Counted from the stretch's first letter, positions 1 to 11,278 are shown. The stretch is 32,000 bases of DNA from Nitrosospira multiformis ATCC 25196 (GCF_000196355.1 NC_007614.1:1230001-1262000); one strand, 5' to 3'. Notes: a model not told the origin generated them from the sequence alone. Program-made: numbers and translations.

Positions 1-2148
1 AATTGCCTGCCTAGCTTCACGCGCTGCACGATCCAGGCGCTCGCTCCGGTCGCGTTGCCTGCCACCACGCCGTCTGCGGCGGCTGCCTTCCTCACTCGGC
101 TGTACGGCTTCTTCCGTGGCAGGGGGTAGCTCGGAAGAGGGTTTGAGTTCCGTCCGCGGCTTTTCTTCACGCTGCGACCGGGGATGTTTTTTTGCAGCAG
201 CTCTTTCACCCTGAGTTTTTGCCTCGCTGCGTTCCTGGCGCTGCGGCACAGCTTCGCGCGTCAAGTCCGGAGCACCGCTTGGGCTGATTTCGGCCCCTCG
301 CTCCGCGCGTGCATCGCGTGGACGTTGGACGGCGCGTGCTGCCTTTTCATTTTCGCCAATGCGTCCTTCCCGGCGGTCACGACGTCCCTGACCCCGTTCC
401 TCAGGATGTGCAGCAGCGACAGGCGGTTCGTGCCGAACGGTCTTTTCGCCGACCCCCCCCTGTTTAAACCAGCCGAATATTTTATCGAGCAGGGAAAGCG
501 GTTCCGGTTCATGCTGCGGTTTTTGCTCGCGTACCGGAGCAGGTTGTGCCGGTGTGATGCCTCGTACCGCTGCCTGCTGCCGCATAGGCTTGGGCTCCTG
601 TCCGCTGGAAGGCAGAGGGATATCTTGGGCGGGTTTTTCCACCATCTGGTAACTCGTCTGAACTTCACCAAGTTTTACGTCGTCATGACGCAGGCGGGTG
701 ATGCTGTAATTGGGCGTTTCGAGATGGATGTTGGGGATCAGAACGACACTTACTTTCAGGCGTGCTTCGATTGCATGAATTTCCGCCCGTTTTTCGTTCA
801 GCAGATAAGTCGCTACATCTACCGGCACCTGAGCATGCAGCACTGCCGTATTCTCCTTCATCGCTTCTTCCTGAATGATTCTGAGGATATGCAACGCCGA
901 GGAATCGGTACCCCGGATGTGACCGGTACCGTGGCAGCGCGGACAGGAAATATAGCTGCTTTCCCCCAGGGAAGGCCGCAGGCGCTGGCGCGATAATTCA
1001 AGCAAACCGAAGCGGGAAATCTTGCCCATTTGCACCCGTGCCCGATCGTAGCGCAACGCGTCGTGCAACCGGTTTTCCACCTCCCGCTGGTTGCGGGAGA
1101 CTTCCATGTCGATAAAGTCGATGACCACAAGTCCGCCGAGGTCGCGCAGGCGCAGTTGCCGCGCAATTTCATCTGCCGCCTCCAGATTGGTAGCCAGGGC
1201 CGTCTGCTCGATGTCGGAACCGCGGGTGGCACGGGCTGAATTTACGTCCACCGAAACCAGGGCTTCCGTATGGTCGATCACGATCGCGCCGCCCGAGGGG
1301 AGGGTAACCTGCCGCGAATATGCGGTTTCGATCTGGTGCTCGATTTGAAAGCGGGAAAACAGGGGCACGTCATCCCGATAGAGCTTGACCCGCGCTACGT
1401 TGCCGGGCATGACATGACCCATGAACTGGCATGCCTGCTCATAGATGCTTTCCGTATCAATCAGGATTTCACCGATTTCCTGATTGAAGTAATCCCGGAT
1501 TGCCCTGATGACGAGACTGCTTTCCTGGTAAATAAGGAAAGCACCGCTCTGGCCTTTGGAAGCATCTTCAATAGCACGCCACAACTGCAGCAGGTAGTTG
1601 AGGTCCCACTGCAACTCTTCTTCGGTGCGTCCTATCCCCGCCGTCCGCGCAATGATGCTCATGCCCTGAGGAATGTTCAAATGCGACATGACATCGCGCA
1701 GTTCGGCGCGATCTTCGCCTTCTATGCGGCGCGAGACACCTCCCCCGCGCGGATTATTGGGCATCAGCACCAGATAACGGCCCGCGAGCGAGATATAGGT
1801 GGTAAGTGCGGCTCCTTTTGTTCCCCGTTCGTCCTTGTCCACCTGGACGATGAGTTCCTGGCCTTCATGAAGCGCGTCCTGGACTCGGACCCGCCCAGGG
1901 TCCGGACTCTCTTTCAAATAGGAGCGGGAAATCTCCTTGAACGGCAGAAAACCATGCCGCTCCCCCCCGTACTCGACGAAGGCGGCTTCGAGGCTCGGTT
2001 CAAGACGGGTGATAACAGCTTTGTAGATATTGCTCTTGCGTTGTTCCTTGCCGGCAGATTCAATGTCGAGATCGATGAGCTTTTGACCATCGACAATAGC
2101 GACACGCAATTCCTCCGGCTGTGTCGCATTAAATAGCATGCGTTTCAT
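1..2148 (-). CDS. rne: Ribonuclease E/G family protein, RNase E (3' end runs off the window start)
   Basis: Minus-strand reading from ATG at 2148 gives [30 protein letters not shown]..., S1-domain-like [33 protein letters not shown], and Zn-link CPRCHGTG; GGGAGGC Shine-Dalgarno upstream. Absent from the supplied ORF track, presumably because it is open at the window edge. Divergent from rluC, a common arrangement. Confidence 0.95.
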   Translation of the reverse strand, partial: MKRMLFNATQPEELRVAIVDGQKLIDLDIESAGKEQRKSNIYKAVITRLEPSLEAAFVEYGGERHGFLPFKEISRSYLKESPDPGRVRVQDALHEGQELIVQVDKDERGTKGAALTTYISLAGRYLVLMPNNPRGGGVSRRIEGEDRAELRDVMSHLNIPQGMSIIARTAGIGRTEEELQWDLNYLLQLWRAIEDASKGQSGAFLIYQESSLVIRAIRDYFNQEIGEILIDTESIYEQACQFMGHVMPGNVARVKLYRDDVPLFSRFQIEHQIETAYSRQVTLPSGGAIVIDHTEALVSVDVNSARATRGSDIEQTALATNLEAADEIARQLRLRDLGGLVVIDFIDMEVSRNQREVENRLHDALRYDRARVQMGKISRFGLLELSRQRLRPSLGESSYISCPRCHGTGHIRGTDSSALHILRIIQEEAMKENTAVLHAQVPVDVATYLLNEKRAEIHAIEARLKVSVVLIPNIHLETPNYSITRLRHDDVKLGEVQTSYQMVEKPAQDIPLPSSGQEPKPMRQQAAVRGITPAQPAPVREQKPQHEPEPLSLLDKIFGWFKQGGVGEKTVRHEPPVAAAHPEERGQGRRDRREGRIGENEKAARAVQRPRDARAERGAEISPSGAPDLTREAVPQRQERSEAKTQGERAAAKKHPRSQREEKPRTELKPSSELPPATEEAVQPSEEGSRRRRRGGRQRDRSERLDRAAREARQAI

Positions 2149-2184
2149 TTTATGCCTCCCGCGCTCTAGTCACGGCAGACAGCC

Positions 2185-2218
2185 TACGCGCGCAGGAGAA
2201 CATGTCCTGCGCGGCGTA
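2185..2218 (-). promoter_or_regulatory. Stem-loop in the rne 5' leader (possible autoregulatory hairpin)
   Basis: CGCGCAGGA (2189-2197) pairs with TCCTGCGCG (2205-2213), loop GAACATG; extended by TACG/CGTA (2185-2188/2215-2218) across a single bulged base, 13 bp in total, 37-70 nt upstream of the rne start codon. Confidence 0.45.
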
Positions 2219-2566
2219 TACGAGAGCTTTTAGTCAGACAACTTGATCATGGCGTCAGGGCTGCTTGTTAAAAATGGCCATTTCTCTGGCTTATTCTCTG
2301 GCTTGTCACTGTGGCCCTGCTTTATTTCGCAAGCAGAACCAGGAAATTAGTTTCAATCAGGCTTCGACTAGGGCTGCCCGTAACCAGGCGCTTCGAAACT
2401 GAAAACTGAAATCGACGTGTGCTTTGAGCGCGTAAATCCATTACTATCGCTACTTTATTGGTGAGCGACATTAACCATATCTTGAGGTCAGCTCTTTTCC
2501 CTCGGATAAAATCCCATCAACAGTACCACTTCGTGCACCGGATAAAGGATAGGCTGGAACCCTGAC

Positions 2567-3610
2567 TTGATAAGTATAAGTAGAGTTAAAGATTTACGCA
2601 AAGAATTTCCTCCAAGTCCTGCGGTGAGGGAAATCATAGGGGAGGAGAGCAAAGGGCAGCGTATTGATAATTTTTTAATCAAACGCTTGAAAAACGTGCC
2701 CAAAAGTCACGTCTACCGGTTGTTGCGCAGCGGGCAGGTGCGCATCAACAGCAAGCGCGCCCCCCCGGACTACCATCTCCAATCCGGAGATATTGTTCGC
2801 ATACCCCCGGTGAGAACGGTGGAAAAATCGGCGCTGCCCCCGAAGAAATTGAGCAAACCGGGTTTTATTGCATTCCAGGTTTTGTTCGAGGATGATGCAC
2901 TGATTGCTGTCAACAAGCCTCCGGGAGTTGCGGTGCATGGTGGAAGCGGCATAAGTTTCGGCGTGATAGAGCAATTGCGCGCTCAACATCCTGACTGGAG
3001 ATTTCTGGAGCTCGCACATCGCCTGGACAGGGAAACTTCTGGCGTGCTGCTCCTTGCCAAGAACCGGGCGGCACTTGTAGAGTTGCATCGGCAACTCCGC
3101 ATGGGAGAGGTGGAAAAACACTACCTGACCCTGGTCAAGGGCAGGTGGCGTAATGGGCGGCAGAGTGTCAGGCTGTCGCTCAGGAAATATCTGACACCCG
3201 GCGGCGAACGGAGGGTAGCGGTGGAAAAGGATGCAGATGAAAAAAAAGGTGGAATGAGCGCTCATACCGTTTTCATCCTGCGGGAATCATGGCAGAGCTT
3301 CAGCCTGCTGGAGGCTGAACTGAAAACCGGGCGTACGCATCAGATTCGTGTGCACCTTGCCTATCTCGGTTTCCCTATAGCGGGAGACGACAAATATGGC
3401 GATTTTGTCTTGAATAAGGATATTGCCCGGCGTGTTCCTGGTTTGGGACGGATGTTTCTCCATGCTTGGGCGGTCGAATTCACGCATCCCGTCACGCATG
3501 AGAAACTTCGTCTTGAAGCGCCCCTGCCGGACGATCTGCAAAAATTTCTGGATGTGATGAATAACCCCGATAAACCACCGAAGCTTCCGGCGGAAAGGAC
3601 ATTCTCCTGA
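2567..3610 (+). CDS. rluC: Ribosomal large subunit pseudouridine synthase C (start codon uncertain; TTG used here)
   Basis: S4-like N-terminus GQRIDNFLIKRLKNVPKSHVYRLLRSGQVRINSKR and catalytic HRLDRETSGVLLLAKN motif; ends KTHQIRVHLAYLGFPIAGDDKYG. Confidence 0.93.
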   Translation: MISISRVKDLRKEFPPSPAVREIIGEESKGQRIDNFLIKRLKNVPKSHVYRLLRSGQVRINSKRAPPDYHLQSGDIVRIPPVRTVEKSALPPKKLSKPGFIAFQVLFEDDALIAVNKPPGVAVHGGSGISFGVIEQLRAQHPDWRFLELAHRLDRETSGVLLLAKNRAALVELHRQLRMGEVEKHYLTLVKGRWRNGRQSVRLSLRKYLTPGGERRVAVEKDADEKKGGMSAHTVFILRESWQSFSLLEAELKTGRTHQIRVHLAYLGFPIAGDDKYGDFVLNKDIARRVPGLGRMFLHAWAVEFTHPVTHEKLRLEAPLPDDLQKFLDVMNNPDKPPKLPAERTFS

Positions 3611-3763
3611 CTTTCCCTAACGGCAGTTCAAGTATCTTATTCAATAGAGATCGCTACAGGGTATGTAGCCGGAGGCGGAAACAACGAGCAGTTTTGGCAG
3701 TTTCATATTTTGGCCTGTCGCTGCGGCAGGGCGCTTTATTTGACTTGAAGGATCAAAATAATC

Positions 3764-4714
3764 ATGTCTGATTCACAGAATCGAAACGAAGGTTGGGACA
3801 GGCAGGTGCTGGAAAAGCTGGTGTTCTCCACCTTGCAGGAACAGCGCCGCACGCGGCAGTGGGGGGTGTTTTTCAAGTCCCTTACTTTTATCTGGCTGTT
3901 TATCCTCCTGTTTTTCGGTCTTGGCTGGTTTGGAGACAGCAGTATGTCCATTTCCGGCAAGCATACCGCTCTCGTCGATTTGCGCGGTGTAATCTCTCCC
4001 GATAGCATCAGCAGCGCGGAAAACATCACTGCCGGCCTGCAGCAGGCATTCAAGGACGCAAAAACGCAGGGGGTGATCCTGCGCATCAACAGTCCCGGGG
4101 GGAGTCCCGTTCAGGCAGGATACATCAACGATGAGATACGCCGCCTGCGTGCAGAATATCCTGAAATACCCCTCTACGCTGTCGTGGAAGATATCTGCGC
4201 TTCGGGCGGCTATTATGTAGCGGTTGCCGCCGACAAGATATATGTGGACAAGGCAAGTATCATTGGTTCCATCGGCGTCCTGATAAACGGGTTCGGTTTT
4301 ACAAAAGCAATGGAAAAACTTGGCATCGAAAGGCGCTTGATCACGGCAGGAGAAAACAAGGCTTTTCTCGATCCATTTTCTCCCAACAATCGCGAGCAGG
4401 AGGAATATGCCAAGAAAATGCTGGGTGATATCCATGAGCAATTCATTCAGGTAGTTCAGCAAGGCCGGGGCGAACGCCTGAAGGAAAAGCCGGAAATATT
4501 CAGCGGCAAGGTGTGGACAGGTCAAAAAAGTGTCGAACTGGGACTTGCTGACGGAATGGGCAGCGCGGAATACGTGGCGCGGGAAATTATCAAGGCGGAA
4601 CACATCGTCGACTATACGACCCGGGAGGGAGTTGCCGAGCGCCTCGCCAAACGCTTTGGAGGAGTCCTGGCGGAAACGCTGAGTGGTTTGGGAATGAGTG
4701 CGGAACTCCACTAA
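3764..4714 (+). CDS. sppA: Signal peptide peptidase SppA-type S49 serine peptidase
   Basis: N-terminal TM segment, GVILRINSPGGSPVQAGYINDEIRR and CASGGYYVAVAADKIYVDKASIIGSIGV motifs; AAGGA upstream of ATG. Confidence 0.92.
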   Translation: MSDSQNRNEGWDRQVLEKLVFSTLQEQRRTRQWGVFFKSLTFIWLFILLFFGLGWFGDSSMSISGKHTALVDLRGVISPDSISSAENITAGLQQAFKDAKTQGVILRINSPGGSPVQAGYINDEIRRLRAEYPEIPLYAVVEDICASGGYYVAVAADKIYVDKASIIGSIGVLINGFGFTKAMEKLGIERRLITAGENKAFLDPFSPNNREQEEYAKKMLGDIHEQFIQVVQQGRGERLKEKPEIFSGKVWTGQKSVELGLADGMGSAEYVAREIIKAEHIVDYTTREGVAERLAKRFGGVLAETLSGLGMSAELH

Positions 4715-4739
4715 CCCGGATATTTCGCCGGAGCACCCT

Positions 4740-4936
4740 CGGGGCGACCGTGGCGGGTGGAGCAGTAGCTTCCGAAGGAAGATTCGATCCCGAAACGGGA
4801 AACTGCAAGGCGACCCCGCGGGGAAAAGTATCTCTGTGACGATACGCTTCCCCCAAGCGTACACGCTGACATAGGGCGTGGTCGCGGCGCCCTGCCCAAT
4901 CCCGTTTGCGGGCCTGGGCCTATGCTCTCGGGGCGC
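4740..4936. other. Hairpin-dense intergenic element, possible structured RNA of unknown class and strand
   Basis: CTTCC-GAA-GGAAG (4769-4781), TCCCG-AAA-CGGGA (4788-4800), CCCCGCGGGG (4814-4823), GTATC-N8-GATAC (4828-4845), ACGCTT-CCCCC-AAGCGT (4844-4860), nested GCCCA..CCCG-TTTG-CGGG..TGGGC (4894-4919), long-range GCGACC/GGTCGC (4744-4749/4880-4885). No convincing CDS. Confidence 0.35.
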
Positions 4937-5642
4937 CTCCATGCAACAAAAAGACAGCCGGTTTGTTGCTGATGTCGGGCGAAACGCGCTTCCATTCCTT
5001 GATGGTCCTGGTGGCGATGAATTCGTCTGCGACGGTGAGGTTGCATGCGATACAGAGAGCCGTTCCTTCGCGGCAGGTGGCATTAATCACCTCCAGCAGC
5101 CTTTGATTGCGATAAGGCGTTTCGATGAATATCTGGGTTTGATCGCCGGTAATGGAATTCTTTTCCAGTTCAATGATTTTTTTTATACGCTTGCTATTTT
5201 CAACCGGCAGATAGCCATGAAACGCAAAGCGCTGACCATTCAATCCGGAGGACATCAGCGCGAGAAGAATGGAGGAGGGACCGACGAGAGGAACTACCCG
5301 GATGTTCTTCTGGTGGGCCACGCGCACCAGCCCAGTTCCCGGATCGGCTATTGCGGGGCAGCCAGCCTCCGATAACAATCCTGTATCTATTCCCGCGAGC
5401 AGTGGCGCAAGCAGATTCTCAAACTCCCTGGCTTGAGTGTGTTCGTCCAACACCTGCATGGTAATCTGCTGCAAGGGGAGAGCACAGCCCACCTGTTTCA
5501 GGAATTGCCTGGCTGTTTTTGGATGCTCGACAATATAACGATCAAGTCGGGCAATACATTCACGGACCGCGGGAGGCACTGTCCAGCCAATATCGCTGTT
5601 GCCCAGTGGGGCAGGGATGAGATAGAGCGTTCCTGTACTCAA
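4920..5642 (-). CDS. SAM-dependent methyltransferase of the RsmI/tetrapyrrole methylase family
   Basis: [17 protein letters not shown]...; [21 protein letters not shown] and [16 protein letters not shown] motifs typical of the family; 4-nt overlap with maf. Confidence 0.85.
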   Translation of the reverse strand: MSTGTLYLIPAPLGNSDIGWTVPPAVRECIARLDRYIVEHPKTARQFLKQVGCALPLQQITMQVLDEHTQAREFENLLAPLLAGIDTGLLSEAGCPAIADPGTGLVRVAHQKNIRVVPLVGPSSILLALMSSGLNGQRFAFHGYLPVENSKRIKKIIELEKNSITGDQTQIFIETPYRNQRLLEVINATCREGTALCIACNLTVADEFIATRTIKEWKRVSPDISNKPAVFLLHGGAPRA

Positions 5643-6235
5643 ACTATCTCGACACCTTCAAGCGTCAGCATTTCAACAAGCGCAATCAGCGGTAAACCGA
5701 TCAATGCGGTGGGATCCTCTCCTTCCATATGCTCTATGAGGGCGATCCCGAGCCCCTCGAGCTTCGAACTGGCCGCACAATGATAGGGTTGTTCCTTATC
5801 GAGATAATTTTCTATCTGACGGTCGCTTAATAGACGGAATTTGACGCGCGAGGGCACGAGGCGTGCCCGCGTCGTGTCTTGAGCACTATTGAAAAGGCAG
5901 AGTGCAGTATAAAACGAAACTTCTTTTCCCCGGATAAGCTGCAACTGCCGGGTGGCGTTGAGATGGTTCAGGGGTTTTCCAAGCTGGATACCCTCGAAAA
6001 CCGCCACCTGGTCGGCACCAATAATTAAAGCGCCAGGATGAGTTGCTGCAACTGCACGGGTTTTTGCAGCAGCCAGGCGAACGGCAGTAGCGTCCGGAGT
6101 TTCACCGGGCAAAGGCGTTTCATCGATATCCGGATTACTTACGTCGAAGGGGATCTGTAGGCGCTGGAGAAGATCCCGGCGATAAATGGAACTGGATCCT
6201 AATATAAGCTGTTGCGCAATCTGCTGTGTTTTCAA
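5639..6235 (-). CDS. maf: Maf-like nucleotide pyrophosphatase (YceF family)
   Basis: [31 protein letters not shown]-terminus, [14 protein letters not shown], and [20 protein letters not shown] motifs; divergent from the yceD-rpmF genes. Confidence 0.9.
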   Translation of the reverse strand: MKTQQIAQQLILGSSSIYRRDLLQRLQIPFDVSNPDIDETPLPGETPDATAVRLAAAKTRAVAATHPGALIIGADQVAVFEGIQLGKPLNHLNATRQLQLIRGKEVSFYTALCLFNSAQDTTRARLVPSRVKFRLLSDRQIENYLDKEQPYHCAASSKLEGLGIALIEHMEGEDPTALIGLPLIALVEMLTLEGVEIV

Positions 6236-6398
6236 TGTTTATTATTTTGGAGGGGAGGGAGCTTTTTTGACACTCAAGGGCAAAAAATATATCATGCGCG
6301 CCGTATAACGCTGCAAATTCACCGGGATTGTAATACCAAGTACGCGCCGACATCAATTGAGTACCAGGCGGGCTTGCGGATATAAAGCATATAAAGTC

Positions 6399-6989
6399 AT
6401 GGCTTATGTCAGGCAACCCTATCATCCCGGGTATTTCCAGAAAGGCAGCGAGATTTTGAAGCCGGCAGGAGACAAGAGCGTAACGTTTATGGCTGTCCCG
6501 CTTGTCATAGATTCCCTGGATTTCGCATGTAACGCGGAAGTGCGCCGTGGTAAGATCGCGATTGCCAGATTTCAGCGCCTGCAGGATTATCTGGTTAACG
6601 ACTCCGGTGAACTTGGATACACAGTTACTGGAGCGGTGGATGCAAACGGAAGACCGGTTTTACGCGTAGACATTCAAAGCGTCGTAAGCCTCCGATGCCA
6701 GCGTTGTCTGGAGGAGCTTGAGCATGTGCTCGACATCCATACAGAGTTGCTACTGGCGCAAAATGAGCAAGAGCTCAAGAGCCTTGATGAGGACGAATTT
6801 GTGGACTGTATTCTGGCTCAGCCCGAAATGGACGTTCTATTGCTTATCGAGGATGAAATCATTCTGGCTCTGCCCGTATCCCCGCGCCATGAACAGGACG
6901 GATGTATGCCTGGCGGACGGGAGGATGGGAAAGCAATAAGGGAAGCATCTCCCTTTGCCGCTCTGGCGGCATTGAAAAAAACACATTGA
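6399..6989 (+). CDS. yceD: YceD/DUF177 family protein
   Basis: RCQRCLEELEHVLDIHTELLL and EDEIILALPVSPRHE...C motifs; located directly upstream of rpmF. ATG at 6399 chosen over the ORF-track start at 6357. Confidence 0.88.
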   Translation: MAYVRQPYHPGYFQKGSEILKPAGDKSVTFMAVPLVIDSLDFACNAEVRRGKIAIARFQRLQDYLVNDSGELGYTVTGAVDANGRPVLRVDIQSVVSLRCQRCLEELEHVLDIHTELLLAQNEQELKSLDEDEFVDCILAQPEMDVLLLIEDEIILALPVSPRHEQDGCMPGGREDGKAIREASPFAALAALKKTH

Positions 6990-7010
6990 ATTTATTGAGG
7001 AGTCGAATTT

Positions 7011-7190
7011 ATGGCAGTGCAACAAAACAAGAAGTCCCCCTCCAAACGGGGCATGCACCGATCGCATGACTTCCTGAGGACGACGCCCTTGTCGGTTGAT
7101 CCCGGCACGGGTGAGGTGCATTTGCGCCATCACATCAGCCCTAACGGCTATTATCGCGGCAAAAAGGTCATCAAAACAAAAGAAGATTGA
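7011..7190 (+). CDS. rpmF: 50S ribosomal protein L32
   Basis: Translated directly: [59 protein letters not shown] (59 aa), too short for the supplied ORF track; GAGG Shine-Dalgarno. Confidence 0.96.
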   Translation: MAVQQNKKSPSKRGMHRSHDFLRTTPLSVDPGTGEVHLRHHISPNGYYRGKKVIKTKED

Positions 7191-7244
7191 ATTTCGCCTG
7201 TTGATTTTTCGGTCCGAAGTTTATTCCGGCCTTAAGGGCAGAAA

Positions 7245-8306
7245 TTGACTATAACCGTAGCTGTAGACTGCATGGGCGGCGATCACGGCCCTCATGTGAC
7301 GGTTCCTGCAACCGTCAGCTATCTCCAAAGTAACCCCGCAATCGACGTGGTTCTGGTAGGGTTGCCCGATGTTATTGAATCCGAATTGCGCGCCTTGGGG
7401 TATACGCAGAGCCCTCGGCTCAGGATTCATGCTGCAAGCGAGGTTGTCGGCATGGACGAGTCTCCGGCCACGGCATTACGGGGTAAAAAAAATTCTTCGA
7501 TGCGCGTTGCGCTCAACCTGGTCAAGAGCGGCGAAGCCCAGGCCTGCGTCAGCGCCGGTAACACCGGAGCGTTGTTAGCGACTTCCCGATTTGTGCTGAA
7601 GACGCTTCCTGGCATCGACCGGCCAGCGCTTGCTGTAGTATTGCCTACCATGAGAGGGCATACCTATGTGCTTGATCTCGGTGCAAACGTGGATTGCACT
7701 GCGGAGCACCTGCTTCAATTCGGTGTGATGGGCGCCACCTTGGTATCGAGCATCGAGAACAAGGAAAAACCGAGTATCGGTTTGTTGAATATCGGCGAGG
7801 AAGAGATCAAAGGAAATGATGTGGTGAAGCGCGCGGCTGAGCTGCTACGTGACAGTGGGCTTAATTTCTACGGAAATATCGAGGGAAACGATATCTATAA
7901 AGGAACGACCGATGTGGTTGTGTGCGACGGCTTCGTCGGCAATGTTGCGCTGAAAACCTCGGAGGGCGTGGCTCAAATGCTTTCCCATTACCTGCGCGAA
8001 GAATTCAGGCGAAACCTTCTCACCAAACTTGCGGGACTTATCGCCTTGCCTGTGATCAGTGCCTTCAAGCGCCGTGTCGATCATCGGCGCTATAACGGGG
8101 CCAGTTTGCTGGGACTCCGGGGCATCGTCATCAAGAGCCATGGTTCGGCTGACAGGCGCGCCTTCGGCTTTGCAATTGCGCGCGCCGTGGATGAAGTACG
8201 GGGCGGCATGTTGCGCCATATAAGCGAGCGGGTGGCGCAATTATCGCATCAATCCATGCAATCCTCCTCATACCGCCGGTCGCTCCCGGAAGAGAGCCCG
8301 GTATGA
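7245..8306 (+). CDS. plsX: Phosphate acyltransferase PlsX
   Basis: [18 protein letters not shown]..., [41 protein letters not shown]; TTG start. Confidence 0.96.
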
Positions 8307-9262
8307 AGTACGCCAGAGTCATTGGAACAGGCAGTTATTTGCCCGAGAAAATTCTCACCAATCATGATCTGGAGCGCATGGTCGACACGAGCGACGAGTG
8401 GATCCGGACCCGTACCGGCATTGCACAACGGCACATCGCCGCCGACTCGGAAATGGCGAGCGATCTCGCCTTGAACGCGAGCCGTGAAGCAATAAAGGCA
8501 GGTGGGATCGACGCGCGGGAGATCGAGCTGGTAATTGTCGCCACCACTACGCCCGACATGATATTTCCCAGCACGGCGTGCATCCTGCAGGACAAGCTCG
8601 GTATCGGGGATTGCGCCGCATTTGATGTACAGGCGGTATGCAGCGGTTTTATCTACGCGCTTGCCACTGCAGATATGTTCATTCGAGCCGGGAAATGCCA
8701 GACGGCGCTGGTTGTTGGGGCAGAAGTCTATTCACGTATATTGGACTGGAGCGACCGCAGCACTTGCGTATTGTTCGGTGACGGCGCCGGCGCTGTGCTG
8801 CTGACGGGCGATGAACGGCCCGGAGTCCTTTCAACGCATTTGCATGCGGACGGGAGCCAGAGCAAGATTCTTTCCGCGCCGGCTAACATCTGTGGCGGCA
8901 AAGTACAAGGCAAACCCTTTGTCGTGATGGAGGGTAATACGGTTTTCAAGTTTGCAGTAAAGGTTCTTGAAGAAGTCGTACACGAGGCTTTGACTGAAAA
9001 CAATCTGGAGTCGTCGGATATCGATTGGCTGATCCCGCACCAGGCCAATATCCGTATTATTGCTTCGACCGCAAAAAAACTCGGCATTCCCATGGATAAG
9101 GTCGTTGCCACCGTGGATAAGCACGGCAACACTTCCGCCGCCTCGATTCCGCTTGCCCTCGACATCGCTGCCCGCGACGGACGCATCAAATCCGGCCAGC
9201 ATGTGCTTCTGGAAGGCGTGGGGGGAGGTTTTACCTGGGGAGCGGCATTGATCCGCTGGTAA
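8303..9262 (+). CDS. fabH: 3-oxoacyl-ACP synthase III (KAS III)
   Basis: [14 protein letters not shown]...[12 protein letters not shown], active-site [32 protein letters not shown]. Confidence 0.97.
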
Positions 9263-9410
9263 GCCAGTTCCTGCTGCTTGCCTCCTACATTTTAATTATT
9301 CTTGTTTCAGTTCCCTTTTCAGCCGGATTTTAACAACTTTTTTTCTTCGGCTCGAAGGTTTTTCGCTACCTGCCGCAGATGGAACTGTCGAAGGATTGGT
9401 ACTGATACTG

Positions 9411-10361
9411 ATGAGCGCACAGGTTAAATTTGCATGTGTTTTCCCGGGACAGGGGTCTCAGTCCATAGGGATGATGGCCGGATATGATAGCTTTCCGGTG
9501 GTACGGCAGACTTTTGCTGAAGCATCCGATGTGCTGAAGCTGGATTTGTGGGGGATGGTGTGTGACGGTCCGGCCGAAACCCTCAACCTGACCGTTAATA
9601 CTCAGCCGCTGATGCTGACTGCCGGAGTAGCGATTTACCGGGCGTGGCAGACCTTGGGTGGAGTGAGGCCCTCTTTCGTGGCCGGCCATAGTCTCGGGGA
9701 ATATACGGCGCTGGTAGCTTCTGAGGCATTGTCTTTTGCTGATGCCTTGCCATTGGTACGCTTTCGTGCGGAGATAATGCAGCAGGCTGTACCTGAAGGA
9801 GTGGGTGCGATGGCGGCGATTCTCGGACTCGATGATGACGTTGTACGGTCGATCTGTCAGGAGGTTACAGAAGCATCGAATGGGGAGTCGCTGGAACCTG
9901 CAAACTTCAACTCACCCGGCCAAGTCGTGGTTGCGGGGCACAAAAACGCGGTGGTTCGCGGCATGGAAGCGGCAAGGTCTAAAGGCGCAAAGCGGACCGT
10001 CATATTGCCCATGAGCATTCCTTCGCACTGCTCCCTGATGAAACCCGCAGCGGAAAAAATGCGCCAACAACTGGCACAAGTAACACTTCGTTCACCCAAA
10101 ATCCCGCTATTGCACAATGCGGATGTGGAACAGCACGAGGATATTGAGAGCATCAAGGAAATTCTGGTCCGGCAGTTGTTTAATCCTGTCCGCTGGACGG
10201 AAATCATTCGTTTTATTTCCGGAGCCGGAATCCATCATGTGGTGGAATGCGGCCCCGGCAAAGTCCTGTCAGGACTCAACAAACGTATAGATGCGAATTT
10301 GCAGAGCCTGGCATTGACTGACGAGGCGGCGCTGGGTCATGCAGCGGCTTTGGCAGGATAA
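9411..10361 (+). CDS. fabD: Malonyl CoA-acyl carrier protein transacylase
   Basis: FVFPGQGSQ-like CVFPGQGSQSIGMM, AGHSLGEYTALV active site, VECGPGKVLSGLNKR. ATG at 9411 preferred over TTG at 9396. Confidence 0.96.
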   Translation: MSAQVKFACVFPGQGSQSIGMMAGYDSFPVVRQTFAEASDVLKLDLWGMVCDGPAETLNLTVNTQPLMLTAGVAIYRAWQTLGGVRPSFVAGHSLGEYTALVASEALSFADALPLVRFRAEIMQQAVPEGVGAMAAILGLDDDVVRSICQEVTEASNGESLEPANFNSPGQVVVAGHKNAVVRGMEAARSKGAKRTVILPMSIPSHCSLMKPAAEKMRQQLAQVTLRSPKIPLLHNADVEQHEDIESIKEILVRQLFNPVRWTEIIRFISGAGIHHVVECGPGKVLSGLNKRIDANLQSLALTDEAALGHAAALAG

Positions 10362-10424
10362 AGGTCAGGCGGGCATATCCAGCAGGGCCGCATTGCTCAT
10401 CATTGAACGACGTACTGGAAGATC

Positions 10425-11165
10425 ATGCTGCAAAATCAGATAGCACTTGTAACCGGCGCCAGTCGGGGAATCGGACAAGCCATTGCCCTTGAACTCGGCA
10501 GACAGGGGATTACCGTCATCGGTACAGCCACAACAGAGGAGGGCGCCCGAAATGTCGATCACTTCCTGAAAGAGGCTGGCTGCAAAGGCAGGGGGATGGC
10601 ATTGAACGTGAATAATCCTTCCCAGGTGGAAAGTGTTGTCAAGGCAGTACAAGAGGAGTTTGGCGGGATCACAATTCTGGTGAACAATGCCGGCATCACC
10701 CGCGACAACCTGCTTCTCCGCATGAAGGACGAGGAATGGGATGAGATCATGGAAACGGATCTCAAATCCGTGTTTCGCTTGAGCCGCGCCGTGCTGAGAT
10801 CAATGGTGAGAGTTCGGTACGGGCGCATCATCAATATTTCCTCGATAGTCGGCGCGACCGGAAATATCGGCCAAGCTAATTATGCCGCTGCAAAGGCCGG
10901 AATATTCGGTTTCAGCAAGTCCCTGGCTCGGGAGGTAGCTGGTCGCAATATCACGGTCAACTGTATTGCGCCCGGGTTCATTGCAACAGACATGACTCAA
11001 TCCCTTACAGAAAAACAACAGCAGGCATTATTTCAGCAGATTCCGCTTGGAAGACTTGGATGCCCCGAAGATGTGGCGGCAGCAGTGGCTTTTATTGCCT
11101 CACCCGCCGCTGCATACATAACGGGCGTCACCCTTCACGTGAACGGTGGAATGTATATGGATTAG
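10425..11165 (+). CDS. fabG: 3-oxoacyl-ACP reductase
   Basis: ALVTGASRGIGQAIA, NNAGITRDNLLLRMKDEEWD, NYAAAKAGIFGFSKSLARE. Confidence 0.97.
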   Translation: MLQNQIALVTGASRGIGQAIALELGRQGITVIGTATTEEGARNVDHFLKEAGCKGRGMALNVNNPSQVESVVKAVQEEFGGITILVNNAGITRDNLLLRMKDEEWDEIMETDLKSVFRLSRAVLRSMVRVRYGRIINISSIVGATGNIGQANYAAAKAGIFGFSKSLAREVAGRNITVNCIAPGFIATDMTQSLTEKQQQALFQQIPLGRLGCPEDVAAAVAFIASPAAAYITGVTLHVNGGMYMD

Positions 11166-11278
11166 CAACGGGAACGGCGCGCCATAAATGGATTCCATCT
11201 CATCCAGCCGCAATATGGGGCTATGAAGCTTTCAGGGTGAGTTTTGATGTCCGGGGTCTTCAGTCTGGAATGCGTCGA

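Noticed and set aside
184-996. 270-aa plus-strand ORF inside the rne region
   Set aside because: The minus strand encodes an unambiguous RNase E; the plus frame is a shadow ORF.
4782-4800. TTCGATCCCG resembling a tRNA T-arm
   Set aside because: No acceptor stem, D-arm or anticodon arm can be placed around it, so it is not a tRNA.
3773-5083. 436-aa minus-strand ORF antisense to sppA and spanning the intergenic region
   Set aside because: sppA and the RsmI-like gene are well supported; this frame overlaps both and has no recognisable domain.
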